Origin: a virus
Taxonomy: Duplodnaviria; Caudoviricetes
Virus record (IMG/VR): IMGVR_UViG_2840949845_000002
Coordinates: 1-64,000 of that record
DNA: 64,000 nucleotides
Reading direction: 5' to 3' (one strand)
The notes under the pieces were generated by a model. The model worked only from the letters and a program-made list of their open reading frames with translations, was not told the DNA's origin and searched no databases. The first letter of the stretch is position 1, and every line of letters begins with the position of its first letter. Below are positions 38,660 through 47,531 of this stretch, piece by piece. The position numbers were made by a program, and so were the translations under genes.

Positions 38660-39778
38660 TTAATCCTCAAATTTATCATGCGTTCTGCATGCGTTCCTGA
38701 TGGTATCTCTGCTGATCCCCGTAAGCTCAGACACTTGCCGTTGTGATAAGATATCTCCAAGAACCATTTCTGAAGCAATTGCCAGTCTATTAGGTTTGTC
38801 GATTTCCATTATTCGTTCTCGGAGAATTTGTTGCAGATGAATTGATAGAGGTTGCTCACTTAGCGCTGCTGCCCTTCTGGCCGCATTTACCCGTCTCTCT
38901 ACGTCACTGAAAGACAGCCCATGGAAAACTATAGACATCGCTCGCACCCAATGATTTGACTTTTCAACGTGCTCAGTTAATAGGGCGTCGAGAAGAGCCT
39001 GAAGACCAGATATATCTGGCATCGGAAAATCAACCACAATTTCAAATCGACGCCAAACGGCAGGATCTAGCAATCCAGCATGATTTGTTGCTGCAATTAG
39101 CAAACCTGTTGGCGGCCAGTCATCAATTTCTTGAAGAAGAACAGTTACAAGACGCTTTAGCTCTCCAATTTCACTTCCATCATCCCGTCTTTTTGCAATT
39201 GCATCCAGTTCATCCAAAAGAAGAACGCAATCTATTTTCTTTGCATAATCAAGAACGTTGCGGATGTTGTTCCCTGTGCGCCCCAGGTAACTACTCATTA
39301 CAGCGGCCAGATCAAGAACAAGCAGCGGCCGCCCCATTTCATGAGCAAGCCAGCGGGCTGATAGCGTTTTTCCCACACCCGGAGGGCCTGTGAAAAGCAC
39401 GGTACGTGTTGGGTTGAGCCCCACAGCGGCAAGGCGGTCGGAATTGAGACGCTCAAGCATTAATTGGCTCAATCGCTCCTTGATCTGAGGGGCAAGAACC
39501 GGCGGATGATCAATGCCTGTGACCGTCTCTACTCGGAGAAGCTCCAGTCGAGAGTCCACATCGACTGGGAGAGGTTGCTCTGCCTGCCGACGGAGAGGGG
39601 AGGACCTCGTCGGCGCCTCGCGCAACAGCGATGTTAAGCCATCCCCGAGTTCAGGAACCTGTTGCCCGTACTTCTTTGCAGCACGATGGATGAAGAGTTG
39701 CACATCCTGCTGGCGCCCTGAGAGCGCCAAGCGGGAAAGGCGGACGAAATCAGACGAAATTTCCTTTTGGAAGTCCAC
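38660..39778 (-). CDS. AAA+ ATPase, IetA-like
   Basis: GPPGVGKT, LLLDELDAI, AATNH..LDPAVWRRF; start uncertain. Confidence 0.88.
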   Translation of the reverse strand: MDFQKEISSDFVRLSRLALSGRQQDVQLFIHRAAKKYGQQVPELGDGLTSLLREAPTRSSPLRRQAEQPLPVDVDSRLELLRVETVTGIDHPPVLAPQIKERLSQLMLERLNSDRLAAVGLNPTRTVLFTGPPGVGKTLSARWLAHEMGRPLLVLDLAAVMSSYLGRTGNNIRNVLDYAKKIDCVLLLDELDAIAKRRDDGSEIGELKRLVTVLLQEIDDWPPTGLLIAATNHAGLLDPAVWRRFEIVVDFPMPDISGLQALLDALLTEHVEKSNHWVRAMSIVFHGLSFSDVERRVNAARRAAALSEQPLSIHLQQILRERIMEIDKPNRLAIASEMVLGDILSQRQVSELTGISRDTIRNACRTHDKFED

Positions 39779-39932
39779 TTCACACCGGCATATGAGGAAA
39801 ACAGGAACGAAATGAGTATGGCGGGATGGACTAAAATTCGCAACATGTTTTGGTATGTCGTCCATTTCACCGGGCGATGCCGCGCGGTGCGCGGCGGCAC
39901 GTCCAGATCCAGCCCAAGCTGCGCCGCGCCCC

Positions 39933-40184
39933 TCACGGCCCGCCCTCATCGCGCCGGTCCACCGGCGTCGTCAACCGCATCTCGCCCAGCGCCTGGGCCG
40001 CGAATCGCTTCACCTCGCTGCTGAAGGTGTAGCCGGGGGTCTGGCCGACATGGCCCGGCGGCGCGCAGGACGGGCGCAGGAAATCCCACAGCACGAACAC
40101 CCGGTCGCATCGCAAAACCCGGCGGATGCTGTCGGGGAAGCGATAGACGCCGTTTTCCCAAATATCATCAGGGCTTAGGGGCAT
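39933..40184 (-). CDS. Hypothetical phage protein
   Basis: 83-aa ORF directly downstream of the replication gene. Confidence 0.5.
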   Translation of the reverse strand: MPLSPDDIWENGVYRFPDSIRRVLRCDRVFVLWDFLRPSCAPPGHVGQTPGYTFSSEVKRFAAQALGEMRLTTPVDRRDEGGP

Positions 40185-40187
40185 CGG

Positions 40188-40994
40188 TCAGGCCCTCGTT
40201 TCGGGGTGGGACCACAGGGAGGCTTGGCCGGACAACCGGGTTTCGACTCGAACCTCGACGTTGCGGATCCGTGGCAGCTTGGCCAAATCGTCGGAAAACC
40301 GCTGGCGAATCTGATCGGCGACGAAGCGGCTGGGGGCGGCGATGAGCAGAAGCTGGTTGCCTGTGACCGACACCCGGCAATCACGGAACCACTGGCCGTG
40401 TCGGTGGCCGCCGATCCGCTGCGCGATCAGGCCGTGCAGATCGCGCTCGGTCTCGTCGGGCTGTCCGGCGCTCACGCGCTCACGCGCAAGGGCGCGCGTG
40501 GGTTCACGGGTTATATCACAGGGTTTGGGCGACTCCGGCGTCGGGCAAAAATCCCGCGTTTTGTCGCCCAAAGCCGAAGGGTCTGTCGCCAAATCCGGGC
40601 TTTCCCCGACTCCCCGGTCGGCGACGCCGGTGTCGGCGAAAGCATCGCCCGGACCAGCGTCCAGCGCCTCCTCCCGCTCCAGCCAATCCAGGCGAAAGCG
40701 CATCCGCGTCGCCTGCCCTCGTCCGCCCGGACGATCCCGCTCGATCACGCCGCTGGCCAGCAGGGCGGCGCGCGCCCGCTCCACGTCGCGGGTGGACAAG
40801 GCCGAGTCCTGAGCCACGGTTTCGACGCTGGCCCAGGTCAGCAGATCGCCCAGGCCGCGCCACATCTCGCGGTTCACACGGCCCAGCATGACCAGGGCGA
40901 CCACCTTGTCGCGTGGCTTCAGCGCGGAACTGGAAAGCACGGCGTCACGGAAGCGGCCCACGATTTCCCGAAAGTCACAGAGTTTTGCGGTCAT
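40188..40994 (-). CDS. Replication initiator-like protein (N-terminal wHTH, C-terminal DnaA_N-like domain)
   Basis: WASVETVAQDSALSTRDVERA HTH; WF...LLIAAPSRFVADQIRQRF. Confidence 0.7.
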   Translation of the reverse strand: MTAKLCDFREIVGRFRDAVLSSSALKPRDKVVALVMLGRVNREMWRGLGDLLTWASVETVAQDSALSTRDVERARAALLASGVIERDRPGGRGQATRMRFRLDWLEREEALDAGPGDAFADTGVADRGVGESPDLATDPSALGDKTRDFCPTPESPKPCDITREPTRALARERVSAGQPDETERDLHGLIAQRIGGHRHGQWFRDCRVSVTGNQLLLIAAPSRFVADQIRQRFSDDLAKLPRIRNVEVRVETRLSGQASLWSHPETRA

Positions 40995-41469
40995 GGCGCA
41001 CCTGTCCTGTCCCCGGCAGCCTTTGGCCAGCCGGTGGCAAGGCCGTTTCCTGCGGGCGCACGATTCCGTGGCTGCAAGAAAACAGCGGAATTAATTCCTT
41101 TTTGCGGTATCCTTCAGAGCGCGCGCAGGGCTGTCCCGTTGTCGATCAACGGGTCATGGACATCCTGGGGGCGTCTGGAAGGGGGGCGGCCTGTGCAGGG
41201 CCGTCCCAATCAGGGTGGGGCGCGCGGCATCACGGCAAAGCTCCAGGGTTCACCGCCGCGACGGGCGGCGTTGTTTCACAGACGCGCATCGCTCCCGACC
41301 GCTGTGGCGGTCGAAAGCGGCGTGGGCCTCGATGTCGATTGGGGCGGCTGAAGGCCCGGAAATAGGCGCGACGGCGGGCCGCGCGCCCACGGCGTTTGAA
41401 AATGTCGCGGCATCAGCAAGATAGATCTGGGATCTGGTTGGAAATGGTGGGGGATGGGGCGACGCCCCG

Positions 41470-41703
41470 TCATGCCCGGCCCTGGGTTGGCGTCGGCACA
41501 GCCCGCGCGATCACGCGCTGGTAGCCCGCCGCGCGCCGCAGGAACGCGGCGAACGCGTCCGCCTCATCGTCGGCCAACTCGGCCAGATCGGCGACGCCAT
41601 AGAGCGTCTGGGTCAGCCGCTCGACCTTCGGAACGGTGGATGGCGCGGACGCGGCAAAGGTTTCCCAGGCGGCGAGCGCGGCCTGTTGCGCGCGGGTCAG
41701 CAT
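41470..41703 (-). CDS. Hypothetical protein
   Basis: ATG with GAAGGAAGG RBS in the early rightward operon. Confidence 0.55.
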   Translation of the reverse strand: MLTRAQQAALAAWETFAASAPSTVPKVERLTQTLYGVADLAELADDEADAFAAFLRRAAGYQRVIARAVPTPTQGRA

Positions 41704-41949
41704 CGCGTTGCCTTCCTTCGCGGAAACGTGAACAGGGGGGCCGTTTGTGCATGAGAAATCGGATGGTAAGACCACCACACCCGGATGCCGCAGCCTTCCG
41801 ATGAATAACCTCTGGCATGCTTGACCAGATTGCGCCGAATCAGTTCAGCGGCGCCGCTCTTGACTGCCGGGGAACGCTCCTGATGGCGTCGGTCAGACAT
41901 GAGGCCATCCCCAATTGACCGGCGAGCGGCGGTCATCTCTGATTCGCCG

Positions 41950-42237
41950 TCAGCAATCACCAGCTTTCTCCCTTTGCTTGGCTGTTGCTGCGTCACGCAA
42001 AGCGAGCGATTGTTCCCCGGTCAACAACCCTGGATGAGGGGCTGGCGTTGGAGCCACAAAATCATTTGGGACCAGGCGATCCATGGCCTCCAGCGTCTGG
42101 AGCTTTGGATTTCCAGACGGCGATAGGACTTCGTTGACGGCGTACCAGCTGATCCCAGCCGCCTTCGCTGCCTGATGGCGGTTTAGGCCAGAAGACAGGA
42201 AATAGGAGCGAATGCGGTGAACGGCTTGGTCGATCAT
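41950..42237 (-). CDS. Cro-like HTH regulator
   Basis: AAKAAGISW...NPKLQTLEAM; divergent from cI across the operators. Confidence 0.75.
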   Translation of the reverse strand: MIDQAVHRIRSYFLSSGLNRHQAAKAAGISWYAVNEVLSPSGNPKLQTLEAMDRLVPNDFVAPTPAPHPGLLTGEQSLALRDAATAKQREKAGDC

Positions 42238-42245
42238 GGTTCTAA

Positions 42246-42313
42246 TTTGCGCTATAGCGCAAACTTGTCAAGCGCCATAATCACGCTACAGCGCAATCGC
42301 GTTCTAGCGCAAA
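42246..42313. promoter_or_regulatory. OR-like operator cluster
   Basis: Perfect palindrome TTTGCGCTATAGCGCAAA (42246-42263) plus degenerate copies at 42281-42297 and 42298-42313. Confidence 0.8.
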
Positions 42314-42330
42314 ATCCGCACAATGGAGAT

Positions 42331-42717
42331 ATGGCTACAATAGATGTCGAAAGAGAGCGTCGCCGTTCAGCCCTGATCCAATTTTGGGAAACGAACCGGC
42401 ACGCCTTGAAGAGTATCCGCCAATGGGCTGAAGCCTCGAAGGTGGGATACAATACTCTCAATGAATTTATCCGACGCAAGAAGGATAAAAACATGCTTGC
42501 TGACACCTACGAGAAACTTGCTCGTGGGGCCAGCATTCTTTTAAGCCGCGATGTAACAATTCATGAGTTGTTGAATGAGGAAGCTTTTGACGAAAAAAGC
42601 GAGGCAACTCAACGCATAGAGCGTATCGCGCTCCTTATTTCTCATCTTCCCGATCATGAGCAAGAAGCTTTCGAGGTTGTCCTCCAGGGGCGAGTTCAAG
42701 CCCTCGGGAAGTCTTAG
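42331..42717 (+). CDS. CI-like repressor, short, without S24 autopeptidase domain
   Basis: SIRQWAEASKVGYNTLNEF...TYEKLARG HTH; 128 aa; between OR and OL. Confidence 0.75.
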   Translation: MATIDVERERRRSALIQFWETNRHALKSIRQWAEASKVGYNTLNEFIRRKKDKNMLADTYEKLARGASILLSRDVTIHELLNEEAFDEKSEATQRIERIALLISHLPDHEQEAFEVVLQGRVQALGKS

Positions 42718-42832
42718 AAAAACGCCAAAAAGCAATTCTTTCAACTTTTTCAAGATCGGCATCAGTGAGACGTGACAGCAGCTCAATAATTTTCTTTCTT
42801 CGATTGGCCGCCCGGCTGGTCCCAGATGTCAC
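42635..42832 (-). CDS. Small ORF resembling the cI C-terminal helix (candidate antirepressor)
   Basis: GAGG RBS 8 nt before GTG; KKIIELLSRLTDADLEKVERIA; overlaps the cI 3' end convergently. Confidence 0.45.
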   Translation of the reverse strand: MTSGTSRAANRRKKIIELLSRLTDADLEKVERIAFWRFSKTSRGLELAPGGQPRKLLAHDREDEK

Positions 42833-42896
42833 TGCACTTACCTCTGCTTGCGAAATCAAATTCACCCGACCGATACGCGTCGGTCGGGTGAACAGC

Positions 42897-43337
42897 TTAT
42901 GCGGCCAATGGCTCAACCCAGAGCCAGCAGCCTTCGGGCGTAAACGGCCCTGCGTCCTTGGCGCTCACAGCCTCATCATAGGTTGGCATCTCGATTCCAG
43001 CCGCAGCAAGCGCGGCCCGCGTGTTGTCCCAGGCCGTCACGCGCTGAGGCCCTTCCGGCGGAAAGGGGTCGTGCGCAATCAAATGATCGTCACCAAAAAG
43101 CTGCTCGCTGATGCGATGCACGAAAAGATTGTCGAGAAGAAGGACATGCATGGCCTGATCCGCCGCATAGGGCAGAGCATAATAGCGGCAAGGCTGGTGC
43201 TTCTGCGCATCGCTCAAGATTGCTTTAAGGTGACGGAAGCCGGTATCCCGTAATTCCTCTGGATGATTGAAGCGCTTCACCATGGCATTTTCATGCTTTG
43301 TGAAGTCAACATCGATGACATTCTTAGCCTTTTCCAA
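42897..43337 (-). CDS. Hypothetical protein, DUF1399/GRDP-like motif
   Basis: ADQAMHVLLLD...LFG...IAHDP resembles the 'D..WH..IL....Y..FC...G..LHH.P' motif. Confidence 0.65.
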   Translation of the reverse strand: MEKAKNVIDVDFTKHENAMVKRFNHPEELRDTGFRHLKAILSDAQKHQPCRYYALPYAADQAMHVLLLDNLFVHRISEQLFGDDHLIAHDPFPPEGPQRVTAWDNTRAALAAAGIEMPTYDEAVSAKDAGPFTPEGCWLWVEPLAA

Positions 43338-43346
43338 TATGCTCTC

Positions 43347-44399
43347 CTATGATTTGCGCATCTTCGCGCGTGTTATCGCCGAAATTTTGAAGACCAACGC
43401 AGCCAAGCTGGTTAAATCTCCGGCAGCAAACTTGGTTCCTCGCAGCTTGTCTTTGATGTTCCTGATCTGCGTATAGACCGTCGCCTCGCTGGTTGACCGA
43501 CGCCGGGCGATCTCACCTGGCCCAAGCCCGGAGCCAATGAGAGCTGCGACGCGGGCTTCAGCCGGGTGCAAGCCGAGCGCTCGCTCCAGCGCAGACGCGA
43601 TCGCAGCATCGTCTTCTCCAAATCGAGAGATCACAATAATTGCTGTTCCAAGTGATTGTCCGCTGGAGATTGAAGCAAAATGAACGCCACCACTGTATGA
43701 CAGTGGCAATACTTTATAGAAGTCCTGGAGAGTGGCTGCGCTCGATACGGCGCAGTCCAATTTGGCGCAGTCATCCGGGTCTGTGGCTCTAATTCTTCCA
43801 AAATCATCGAACATCATGGATGTTTCAGATGATATCAAATCGATGAAGCTATCATTTAAATGAAATCTATTCATATTGACATCAAAAATGCCCACAGCTA
43901 AATCCAATAAATTTAATGAACAATGCATATTATTCAAAAAATCATTGACGGTTAACATTTCCTCAAAAGAATTTCCACGAATCTTTGTATTGATGTAATT
44001 CTCAACACCAGATGTCTGAATACAGACTCGCGATTGGACGCACGTCCCATCTCCGTATAGACGATGAGAAACAGACATCCTTCCAGATGGATATTCACTG
44101 ATCCAATCCAGTCCTGTGTTAAGTCTTCGCGCAATTCGGACGTTGGATATCCAATCGGCGGGATTGGCGACGGCAACCCTGTTTCCAATCAGGCCAGCTT
44201 CAAGGAGCTTCCAGAACAGCGATTCATGTGTCTCTGAGGTGTAGTCAGAGACAGGGGCAATTCGTCTTTGAGAACCGTTTGCCCAGATAATTTGGTCTGT
44301 CGGGCTATACACCAAAACCGCTCCTCCCAACGGCTGTGAGGCGCGGATAAAGAGAATTGCATCCAAATTCAAATCAGAAGGTAAGGGCAGATTGTCCAT
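43347..44399 (-). CDS. PAS-domain LuxR-type HTH transcriptional regulator
   Basis: Two PAS-like starts (VLVYSPTDQIIWAN; VGIFDVNMNRFHLN); C-terminal LHPAEARVAALIGSG...EIARRRSTSEATVYTQIRNI. Confidence 0.82.
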   Translation of the reverse strand: MDNLPLPSDLNLDAILFIRASQPLGGAVLVYSPTDQIIWANGSQRRIAPVSDYTSETHESLFWKLLEAGLIGNRVAVANPADWISNVRIARRLNTGLDWISEYPSGRMSVSHRLYGDGTCVQSRVCIQTSGVENYINTKIRGNSFEEMLTVNDFLNNMHCSLNLLDLAVGIFDVNMNRFHLNDSFIDLISSETSMMFDDFGRIRATDPDDCAKLDCAVSSAATLQDFYKVLPLSYSGGVHFASISSGQSLGTAIIVISRFGEDDAAIASALERALGLHPAEARVAALIGSGLGPGEIARRRSTSEATVYTQIRNIKDKLRGTKFAAGDLTSLAALVFKISAITRAKMRKS

Positions 44400-44541
44400 T
44401 TATCACAACCGGAACTAAGACAAATTTAATGTTACGCTACCACGTATGGAATGTGACCAGTACCAAAATTTTGGTATACGGTGTGAGAATGTCGTTTTCT
44501 GGGGCCTGGCTTTGGTTTTCCAGGCGTTATCAGGATAAAAA

Positions 44542-44591
44542 TTGCGCTATAGCGCAAACATGAGCCTTGATAAATTTGCGCTGTAGCGCGA
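44542..44591. promoter_or_regulatory. OL-like operator pair
   Basis: TTGCGCTATAGCGCAA (44542-44557) and TTTGCGCTGTAGCGCGA (44575-44591), the same motif as OR. Confidence 0.8.
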
Positions 44592-44624
44592 GCATGCCTC
44601 TTCTCCTGATGAAGGGCGAGCAAA

Positions 44625-44960
44625 ATGGATAGGCGCGACGAGACGGATTGGCATCATTCCCCCAACGGCAGCACGCCGTCCCACCGACTCAGCCTCTTCA
44701 ACCAGCGGCGTGCGTCCATTGAGGCGCAATTCGCCATGGGCGCGATCGGCATCGCCAAGCGGCGCGATCTTCTGATCGCCGCGCGCGACGACGCTGGGAT
44801 CACGGGCATGCGGACCAACGCCAAACCGACGGTTCCGCTGGGGTTGGGAGCGAGCGAGGAGAGTGAGCGGCGGCGGCGGCGGCGGGCGGACCAACGTCGG
44901 TACGCCCGCAAGCAGGCCAGTGATGCCGTTGCGCCGATGGAGGTGGGCAACCATGGCTGA
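44625..44960 (+). CDS. Hypothetical protein, first gene of the PL-like operon
   Basis: 111-aa ORF after OL. Confidence 0.55.
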   Translation: MDRRDETDWHHSPNGSTPSHRLSLFNQRRASIEAQFAMGAIGIAKRRDLLIAARDDAGITGMRTNAKPTVPLGLGASEESERRRRRRADQRRYARKQASDAVAPMEVGNHG

Positions 44961-45657
44961 GACCGCTTCCGACCGTCAGCGCGCCGCAGCGCTGCTGCGC
45001 AAGCTGCGCGCCATCACCATAGAGGCCGGCGCCAGCGAGGCCGAGGCGATGACCGCCGCCGCCATGGCCCGTCGGCTGGTTGACCAGCATGGTCTGCCCG
45101 AGAGTGGCGAGCCAGTCATTGAGGCGCGGGTCTTCGTCGGTCGGGTGCGCACCCGTCCAATCGACAAGCTGTGGTCGGCGATTGGCCGCTTCTGTCATGT
45201 GTCGGCCATTTTTTGCCCTGAGGCGCGCGGCATAGAAATCGCCTACATCGGTCGCGCCGCCGATGTGATGCTGGCCGAGTGGCTGCACGCGGTCCTGAAG
45301 CGGCACATCGACAAAGCTCTGGCAGAATTCAAGACGCTGGCGGAATACCGCCGTCGGAAGCCAGCCCGCCGACGCGTCGCCGCGTCGGCCTTTGTCGAGG
45401 CCATGGCCCAATCCCTGCGCACCCGGCTCGACGCCATGGCCGATCAACGGATCGCCGAGCCGAAATTGGCGGAAGCCCGTCGGTGGATCGCCAACCGTTA
45501 TGGCCAGTTGGCCGACATCAAGATCGCCTCGATCTCCGACGCGCAGGTTGACGGCGCCCGGCGTCGAGGGCGGCAGGCGGCTGCCGACGTGGCGATCAGC
45601 ACGCCGGTCGCGGCACAGCCGGCGATTGCCGGCTTGATTGGAGGATCCAGAGGATGA
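44953..45657 (+). CDS. DUF2786 domain protein
   Basis: LRKLRA..IEAGASEAEAMTAAAMARRL. Confidence 0.75.
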   Translation: MAETASDRQRAAALLRKLRAITIEAGASEAEAMTAAAMARRLVDQHGLPESGEPVIEARVFVGRVRTRPIDKLWSAIGRFCHVSAIFCPEARGIEIAYIGRAADVMLAEWLHAVLKRHIDKALAEFKTLAEYRRRKPARRRVAASAFVEAMAQSLRTRLDAMADQRIAEPKLAEARRWIANRYGQLADIKIASISDAQVDGARRRGRQAAADVAISTPVAAQPAIAGLIGGSRG

Positions 45658-45899
45658 TCGCGATCAAATCCACACCTGCGACCGATTCGACGGCCATCTT
45701 CCTGGACCGGCCCCCAGAGCCTCCGGCGACGGCCTCGCCAGCGGGCGAGGAGTCCGGCCTCGCGCAATGGCACAAAGAGGACGCCGAGAAGGCCGAGCGC
45801 GCGGCCGCACAGACTCTGTTGCCCATGCTGCGTGTCCGTTTGCTCGAAACAGCCCGCATGCATCGCGACTGCGCCGAGCTGGCGCGCGAGGGGGCCTGA
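45654..45899 (+). CDS. Hypothetical protein
   Basis: ATGA-coupled ORF. Confidence 0.55.
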   Translation: MIAIKSTPATDSTAIFLDRPPEPPATASPAGEESGLAQWHKEDAEKAERAAAQTLLPMLRVRLLETARMHRDCAELAREGA

Positions 45900-45901
45900 C
45901 T

Positions 45902-46165
45902 GTGGCAGCTAAGGTTTCGGATCTCGTTGGGCTTCCAAACTGGCCACGCATGCTCAGCCGCGATCAGGCCGCACGCTATGTCGGCGTCTCGCCAGTGCAG
46001 TTCGACCGCGAGGTTTCGACGGGCCGCTGGCCAACGCCAGAGCGGCGCGGCAGCCGAGTCACATGGGATCGCCGACTGATCGACAGGGCGCAAGACAAGA
46101 ACAGCGGCATCGTGGCAAGCTCGGAGTCGTCGGCGCACGAGCCGACGGTTGATCCGTGGGCGTGA
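45902..46165 (+). CDS. Excisionase-like (AlpA/HTH_17) protein
   Basis: PRMLSRDQAARYVGVS...WDRRLID; directly upstream of the integrase. Confidence 0.8.
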   Translation: MAAKVSDLVGLPNWPRMLSRDQAARYVGVSPVQFDREVSTGRWPTPERRGSRVTWDRRLIDRAQDKNSGIVASSESSAHEPTVDPWA

Positions 46166-47352
46166 CCGTGGGCAAGATTGAGGTTGATCTACCGCGCTAC
46201 GTCATAGCCAAGCGTCGCGGCGACCGCTTGGCCTTCTATTTCCAGGTCCCGAAGCGCCTTCAGCCCGAGGGCTGGCCATCGGGCGCCATGCGGCTGAAGG
46301 ACAGCCAAGGCGTCGCCATCGAGGAGCCAGCCGAGGCCATCAGACGTGGACGCGAGCTGAACGAGATGCTGAACCGGGCGCGCGCGCAGGTGGCCGCAGG
46401 CCCGATCCAGGGCACTTTGCCGTGGCTGATTTCCGAATACCAGCACTCGGACAAGTACCGGAACCGCGCCGAACAGACGCGCTACCAGTACGACCTGATC
46501 GCGCGGATGATGATTGCGTGGTCAAAGGAGAAGAACCACCCGCAAGTCGGGCAGATGACGGTCCCGTCGGCTTTGAAGTTCCTCGACCAGTTCGAGGACC
46601 GACCGACCTACCGGATTCGTGCCGCCGCCTTCGGATCGGTCCTCTGGAATTTCGGTCGCCGACTGGGTGTGGTGTCCGTCAACGTGTGGAAGGACCTCGA
46701 CCTGGAGGCGCCGGATCCGGATGTCCATATCTGGTCCGACGAGGAGATCGCCGCCGTCGTCGCCAAGGCCGACGAGATGGCCCGCGCCAGCGTCGGCACC
46801 GCCGTGATGCTGGCCTCCGAATCCGGCCAACGGCAAGCCGACGTCCTCGACATGCGCCGTGGCCGGGAATGGGACGGCGTCACCCTCCGCCGCGTCCAGA
46901 ACAAGACCAAGGCGTATGTGACGGTGCCGGCAACCAAGCTCCTCCTTGATCGGCTCGCCAGCCTCTCGAAGGACAACCTCCTCCTCGTGGCCTCCGAAAC
47001 GACCCGGCGGCAGTGGCGCCAGCAGACATTCAGCCGGACCTTCCGCGAGATCGCTGACGCCGCTGGCTTCCCCCAGATCGAATTCCGGTCCCTGCGGGCC
47101 ACCTGCGTGTGCCGCCTCGCGTCGGCCGGGTGCTCGATTCCGGAAATAGCCAGCATCACCGGCCACACGCTGGTGTCCGTGCATCACATCCTGAAGCACT
47201 ATTGGCGACCCGACAGCGACCAAGCCAGGAATGCGATTTCCAAGGTCGAAGCGTTCCGGCTGTACCCAGTCACTTGGACTTGGAGAGAGGTGGGATTGGG
47301 TGGGATCTGCGGGGATGTCGTGGGACGCGTTGAAAATCGGGCGTTTTCCTGA
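46162..47352 (+). CDS. int: Phage integrase (tyrosine recombinase); C-terminal ~30 aa probably derived from the inserted Mu-like end
   Basis: GQRQAD, QNKT, SLRAT, TGH, KHY motifs; sequence changes character after 47260. Confidence 0.9.
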   Translation: MTVGKIEVDLPRYVIAKRRGDRLAFYFQVPKRLQPEGWPSGAMRLKDSQGVAIEEPAEAIRRGRELNEMLNRARAQVAAGPIQGTLPWLISEYQHSDKYRNRAEQTRYQYDLIARMMIAWSKEKNHPQVGQMTVPSALKFLDQFEDRPTYRIRAAAFGSVLWNFGRRLGVVSVNVWKDLDLEAPDPDVHIWSDEEIAAVVAKADEMARASVGTAVMLASESGQRQADVLDMRRGREWDGVTLRRVQNKTKAYVTVPATKLLLDRLASLSKDNLLLVASETTRRQWRQQTFSRTFREIADAAGFPQIEFRSLRATCVCRLASAGCSIPEIASITGHTLVSVHHILKHYWRPDSDQARNAISKVEAFRLYPVTWTWREVGLGGICGDVVGRVENRAFS

Positions 47353-47531
47353 GGGGTGCCCACGAAGCGGCTGGAAATTTTGATTTTGGAGTAGGGCGCG
47401 AAATCGGGAGGGCGGACAGTTGAAATTGGAGCATGCGAAGGTGGCGGGCCGGGAGAGGCGCCGCCTTTTTTGTTGGGTCGAGACTGCGGCCTAGGGGGCG
47501 AGTTATGATGCGGTCGTTCAACCCATGAAAG

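Larger units (their letters stand above)
1268..47260. mobile_element. Prophage 1: lambda-like head, Mu-like contractile tail, tRNA-Thr-integrated temperate phage
   Basis: Contiguous lysis-tail-head-packaging-replication-immunity-xis-int modules between the tRNA fragment and the integrase. Confidence 0.92.
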
